NCBI RefSeq assembly: GCF_000317105.1
Contig: NC_019693.1
Location: 3,903,227-3,967,226 of the forward strand
DNA length: 64,000 bases
Reading direction: 5' to 3'
Source: Oscillatoria acuminata PCC 6304
GTDB lineage: Bacteria; Cyanobacteriota; Cyanobacteriia; Cyanobacteriales; Laspinemataceae
Position 1 is the first letter of the stretch; each line of letters starts with the position of its first letter. The notes under the pieces were generated by a model, which had not been told where the DNA came from, made no database searches, and was given only the letters and a program-made list of their open reading frames with translations. The translations under genes and the position numbers were made by a program. Positions 61,505 through 64,000 of this stretch are shown piece after piece.

Positions 61505-62434
61505 TTATACTGAAGATAAAACACTAGATTCAGTCAAATTCTCTTGAAACTCTTCAGCAATCTGGGCAAGAACCCGATATAAATCCTGGGTATGTTGCCA
61601 TCCCACAAACCCGCAAAATACACAAATCCCTAAAGGGTTTTCAATAAAAACATGGTGAACTTGAACGGGATTTTTCCACACTCTAATTTTCATCCCCGTA
61701 TTAAACGTTAGATAGGGTTTAGCCCGCACAAAATCCCGGCGATGTGCGGCAGTCATAGCACTCAGGGCTCGCAAATGCTGAATCACTGCATAAGTTAAAT
61801 CCGCTTCAGGCAGGGGAGAAATCACCGGATTGTCCCAAAAGTCGCGAATAATTTGGACTAACTGGGGATGATTGCTGAGGGCGGGATGAGATATTCCGGG
61901 CAAACAGATAAATTGAGCGCGGTCAAACTTAGTGGATTCAATACTAATCGTGCGATCGCTGCCATTATCGGTATCTCCGGCAATAATTAAAGTGGGGATA
62001 ATTTCCGCCAGAGATTCGGCAATTTTCCGCCGATTGATGCCCAAATCCCGACCCATCCCCAGTCCCCATTTAAACGGATCTAAAATCCGGGCTAAATCCG
62101 CCCCACCAACGGGAGAAGCCAACAAGACTAAGGAATGAATTTGCGATCGCCATTCCGGATGCCGATGCAGCACTTCTAACCAAATCAATCCCCCCATCGA
62201 ATGCCCGATAATTCGCATCGGAGTGGTGGGATAGGTGGCGAGGGTTTCTCCCACCAAAGTTTCCACAGTTTTAATTAACGGTTCAATCCGATAAAAGGTC
62301 CGCAACCAACCCAAATTCGGGGTAATAATCCGGCAGTTCGATGTCTTTAAAGCCTCAGCCAGTGTAGCAATTTTATGATGGGTATCCGCCCATCCATGTT
62401 GAGCATACAGAATAAAGTCCGGTGATTCGCTCAT
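61505..62434 (-). CDS. Alpha/beta-hydrolase fold protein (lipase/esterase-like)
   Basis: 309 aa. Nucleophile elbow IIGHSMGG. Confidence 0.6.
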   Translation of the reverse strand: MSESPDFILYAQHGWADTHHKIATLAEALKTSNCRIITPNLGWLRTFYRIEPLIKTVETLVGETLATYPTTPMRIIGHSMGGLIWLEVLHRHPEWRSQIHSLVLLASPVGGADLARILDPFKWGLGMGRDLGINRRKIAESLAEIIPTLIIAGDTDNGSDRTISIESTKFDRAQFICLPGISHPALSNHPQLVQIIRDFWDNPVISPLPEADLTYAVIQHLRALSAMTAAHRRDFVRAKPYLTFNTGMKIRVWKNPVQVHHVFIENPLGICVFCGFVGWQHTQDLYRVLAQIAEEFQENLTESSVLSSV

Positions 62435-62544
62435 TCTAGCTATAGCCCTCCCACAAACGCATCAGATCATTTCCCTTATTATAGAAACTCTCCCTCGTCC
62501 AGGGGTGCAGGACTAGGGAGAGGACAAAAACAGGGGTCTTTAGC

Positions 62545-62700
62545 CTAGCCCTGTCAAGGTGGTAAATTGAATGACGAAAAATCGTTATTTCTTGTAGGGG
62601 CGCAATGCGCAGGCCCTCCGGAGGGCCTGCGCATTGCGCCCCTACAGATACCTTCCTTTCAGTTGAACCGTTGCATGATTTATATTTTGCAATCCCCTTA
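62545..62700. repeat. MITE copy E (left TIR plus variant hairpin GGGGCGCAATGCGCAGGCCCTCCGGAGGGCCTGCGCATTGCGCCCC) fused to a 55-bp module (GATACCTTCCTTTCAGTTGAAC...TTTGCAATCCCCTTA) that also occurs at 47234-47292
   Basis: Direct comparison of the 62647-62700 and 47234-47292 stretches. The right TIR is replaced by the shared module. Confidence 0.6.
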
Positions 62701-62738
62701 TAACGAAAACATCCTCAAGGGACTGGAGATTTCCATCA

Positions 62739-63992
62739 TCAGGGGCGATCGCCTTTTAGGATTACCCTTCTTTTCTGCAACCTCGACTCATACCAATTCA
62801 TCAACGGAGTCGCACTAATTCCATGCAAAATCACCGAAATCACTAGGGTCAGAAACACAATCCAAGCGATTTTTTCCCCCGTTTCTCCTTCTAACCCTTT
62901 GCCCATCGCATAAGTGAGATAATAGACTGAACCCACGCCCCGAATCCCAAACCACCCCATCAATAACCGTTTTGAGGTATGAAAATTTGAGCCAATGGTA
63001 CTAATCCAAGTCCCCAGGGGACGAATAATCAACAACAAAAATCCCGCCACGATTAAAGTATCTCCGGCAAACCTTAAACTGGGTTCTATTCGCAGCAGAG
63101 AACCGAGTAACAAGATAGTTCCTACTTCTAGGAGTTTTTCCACCCGTTCCGTTAATCTCAGTTGAGACTCGGTTCGTTCCGAATCGCGGCTGTAACTTCT
63201 GCGGACGGTCATTCCGGCAACAAATACCGCGACAAACCCATATCCATTAATCACTTCCGTGAGGGAATAGGCCAATAAAATTATACTCAAGGCAATAAAA
63301 TCATGCATGAGTTCATCCACAGGACGAACGCGATGTAATTGTTTTTCAACCCAAACAATGGCCGAAGCAACGACAATTCCCATGCCGATACCAGCAGCGA
63401 TCGCCCAAATCAAATCAATCAGCAGCCAATCATAAATCCAGTTGTTGACATTGCTATCTTTTAACGCATATAACCCAAAATAAACAAACGGAAAAGCCAA
63501 GGCATCATTTAAACCTCCTTCAGAGGTTAAGCCAAAGCGGAGTTCATCCTTATCCTCAACATGGGACAGTTGAACTTCTGATGCCAAAACTGGATCGGTG
63601 GGGGCCAGAATGGCCCCGAGTAAAATTGCCGCACCCCAATCCAAGCCCAAAAATAGCTTCCCAACTATGGCGATTCCTACAATAGAAATTGGCATCAAAA
63701 ATCCAATTAATCGCGCCGTGGTCTGCCAAGCCCAAAACTTGAGCGGACGATTCATTTTTATTCCGCCACTAAACAACGAAATAATTACAACTAATTCCGT
63801 CAATCGCTCCAGAAAATTCGCATCCGGGCGCACCAAAACTAATTTCAGTCCATAAGGACCAATCAAAACACCAACGGCTAAATAAATCAGGGCATAAGAA
63901 AGTGGCAATCGCTTAATCCAGCCGGAAAACACAGTGACTGAAAGCAGTAATAAGCCGAGAGCCAGCATATCGAGAATGTAAATATCTAACAA
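62739..63992 (-). CDS. Cation:proton (Na+/H+) antiporter, CPA1 / NhaP-type
   Basis: 417 aa. 10-12 predicted TM helices. The Na_H_exchanger family pattern spans the whole protein (…GGLNDALAFPFV…). It is complete within the window. Confidence 0.7.
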   Translation of the reverse strand: MLDIYILDMLALGLLLLSVTVFSGWIKRLPLSYALIYLAVGVLIGPYGLKLVLVRPDANFLERLTELVVIISLFSGGIKMNRPLKFWAWQTTARLIGFLMPISIVGIAIVGKLFLGLDWGAAILLGAILAPTDPVLASEVQLSHVEDKDELRFGLTSEGGLNDALAFPFVYFGLYALKDSNVNNWIYDWLLIDLIWAIAAGIGMGIVVASAIVWVEKQLHRVRPVDELMHDFIALSIILLAYSLTEVINGYGFVAVFVAGMTVRRSYSRDSERTESQLRLTERVEKLLEVGTILLLGSLLRIEPSLRFAGDTLIVAGFLLLIIRPLGTWISTIGSNFHTSKRLLMGWFGIRGVGSVYYLTYAMGKGLEGETGEKIAWIVFLTLVISVILHGISATPLMNWYESRLQKRRVILKGDRP

Positions 63993-64000
63993 GGCGATCG

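Overview
This window looks like a cyanobacterial chromosome segment: it has about 50% GC, is saturated with the HIP1 octamer GCGATCGC, and carries typical cyanobacterial genes (LL-DAP aminotransferase, membrane-anchored MnSOD, Uma2/DUF820, PEP-CTERM, CHAT). The likely source is a filamentous, Oscillatoriales-type genome. Housekeeping genes (grx fragment, hflX, dapL, sodA-like, rbsK, ureC, aminotransferase, ALDH, GH31) are interleaved with a very rich layer of small mobile and repeat elements. The notable content is as follows.

1. A complete group II intron (RT-maturase-HNH intron-encoded protein, canonical domain V, GUGCG...AU ends) has retrohomed precisely into one copy of a miniature inverted-repeat element family. 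That family has the terminal inverted repeat CTAGCCCTGTCAAGG, a 40-60 bp hairpin core and 9-bp target-site duplications. At least five further copies or fragments occur in the window, some nested inside other palindromic repeats, and one sits in the loop of a terminator.

2. A low-GC (about 38%) accessory island carries an AIPR-like abortive-infection-type gene. It is fused at its C-terminus to a cold-shock (CSD/OB) domain and is interrupted by a single in-frame TAA. It lies next to a vapBC-like PIN toxin-antitoxin pair.

3. Immediately beside that island is an 884-aa homologue of the eukaryotic major vault protein. It is near-identical to eukaryotic MVP over long stretches.

4. A CHAT (caspase-like) protease with a 21-bp VNTR-like coding repeat follows a putative outer-membrane beta-barrel gene.

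5. A signalling cluster contains three large hybrid histidine kinases. One has an ethylene-binding-domain (ETR1-like Cys/His) membrane sensor followed by two HK-REC modules. The other two are PAS/GAF-rich. A translationally coupled CheY-CheC pair lies among them, but there is no CheA.

Several toxin-antitoxin-like pairs, two PEP-CTERM proteins, tandem Uma2 paralogues (one with a nonsense mutation), and dense composite tandem and palindromic repeat arrays (46.4-47.5 kb, 21.8-22.1 kb, 25.4-25.9 kb) complete the picture. No rRNA, tRNA or CRISPR array was recognised.
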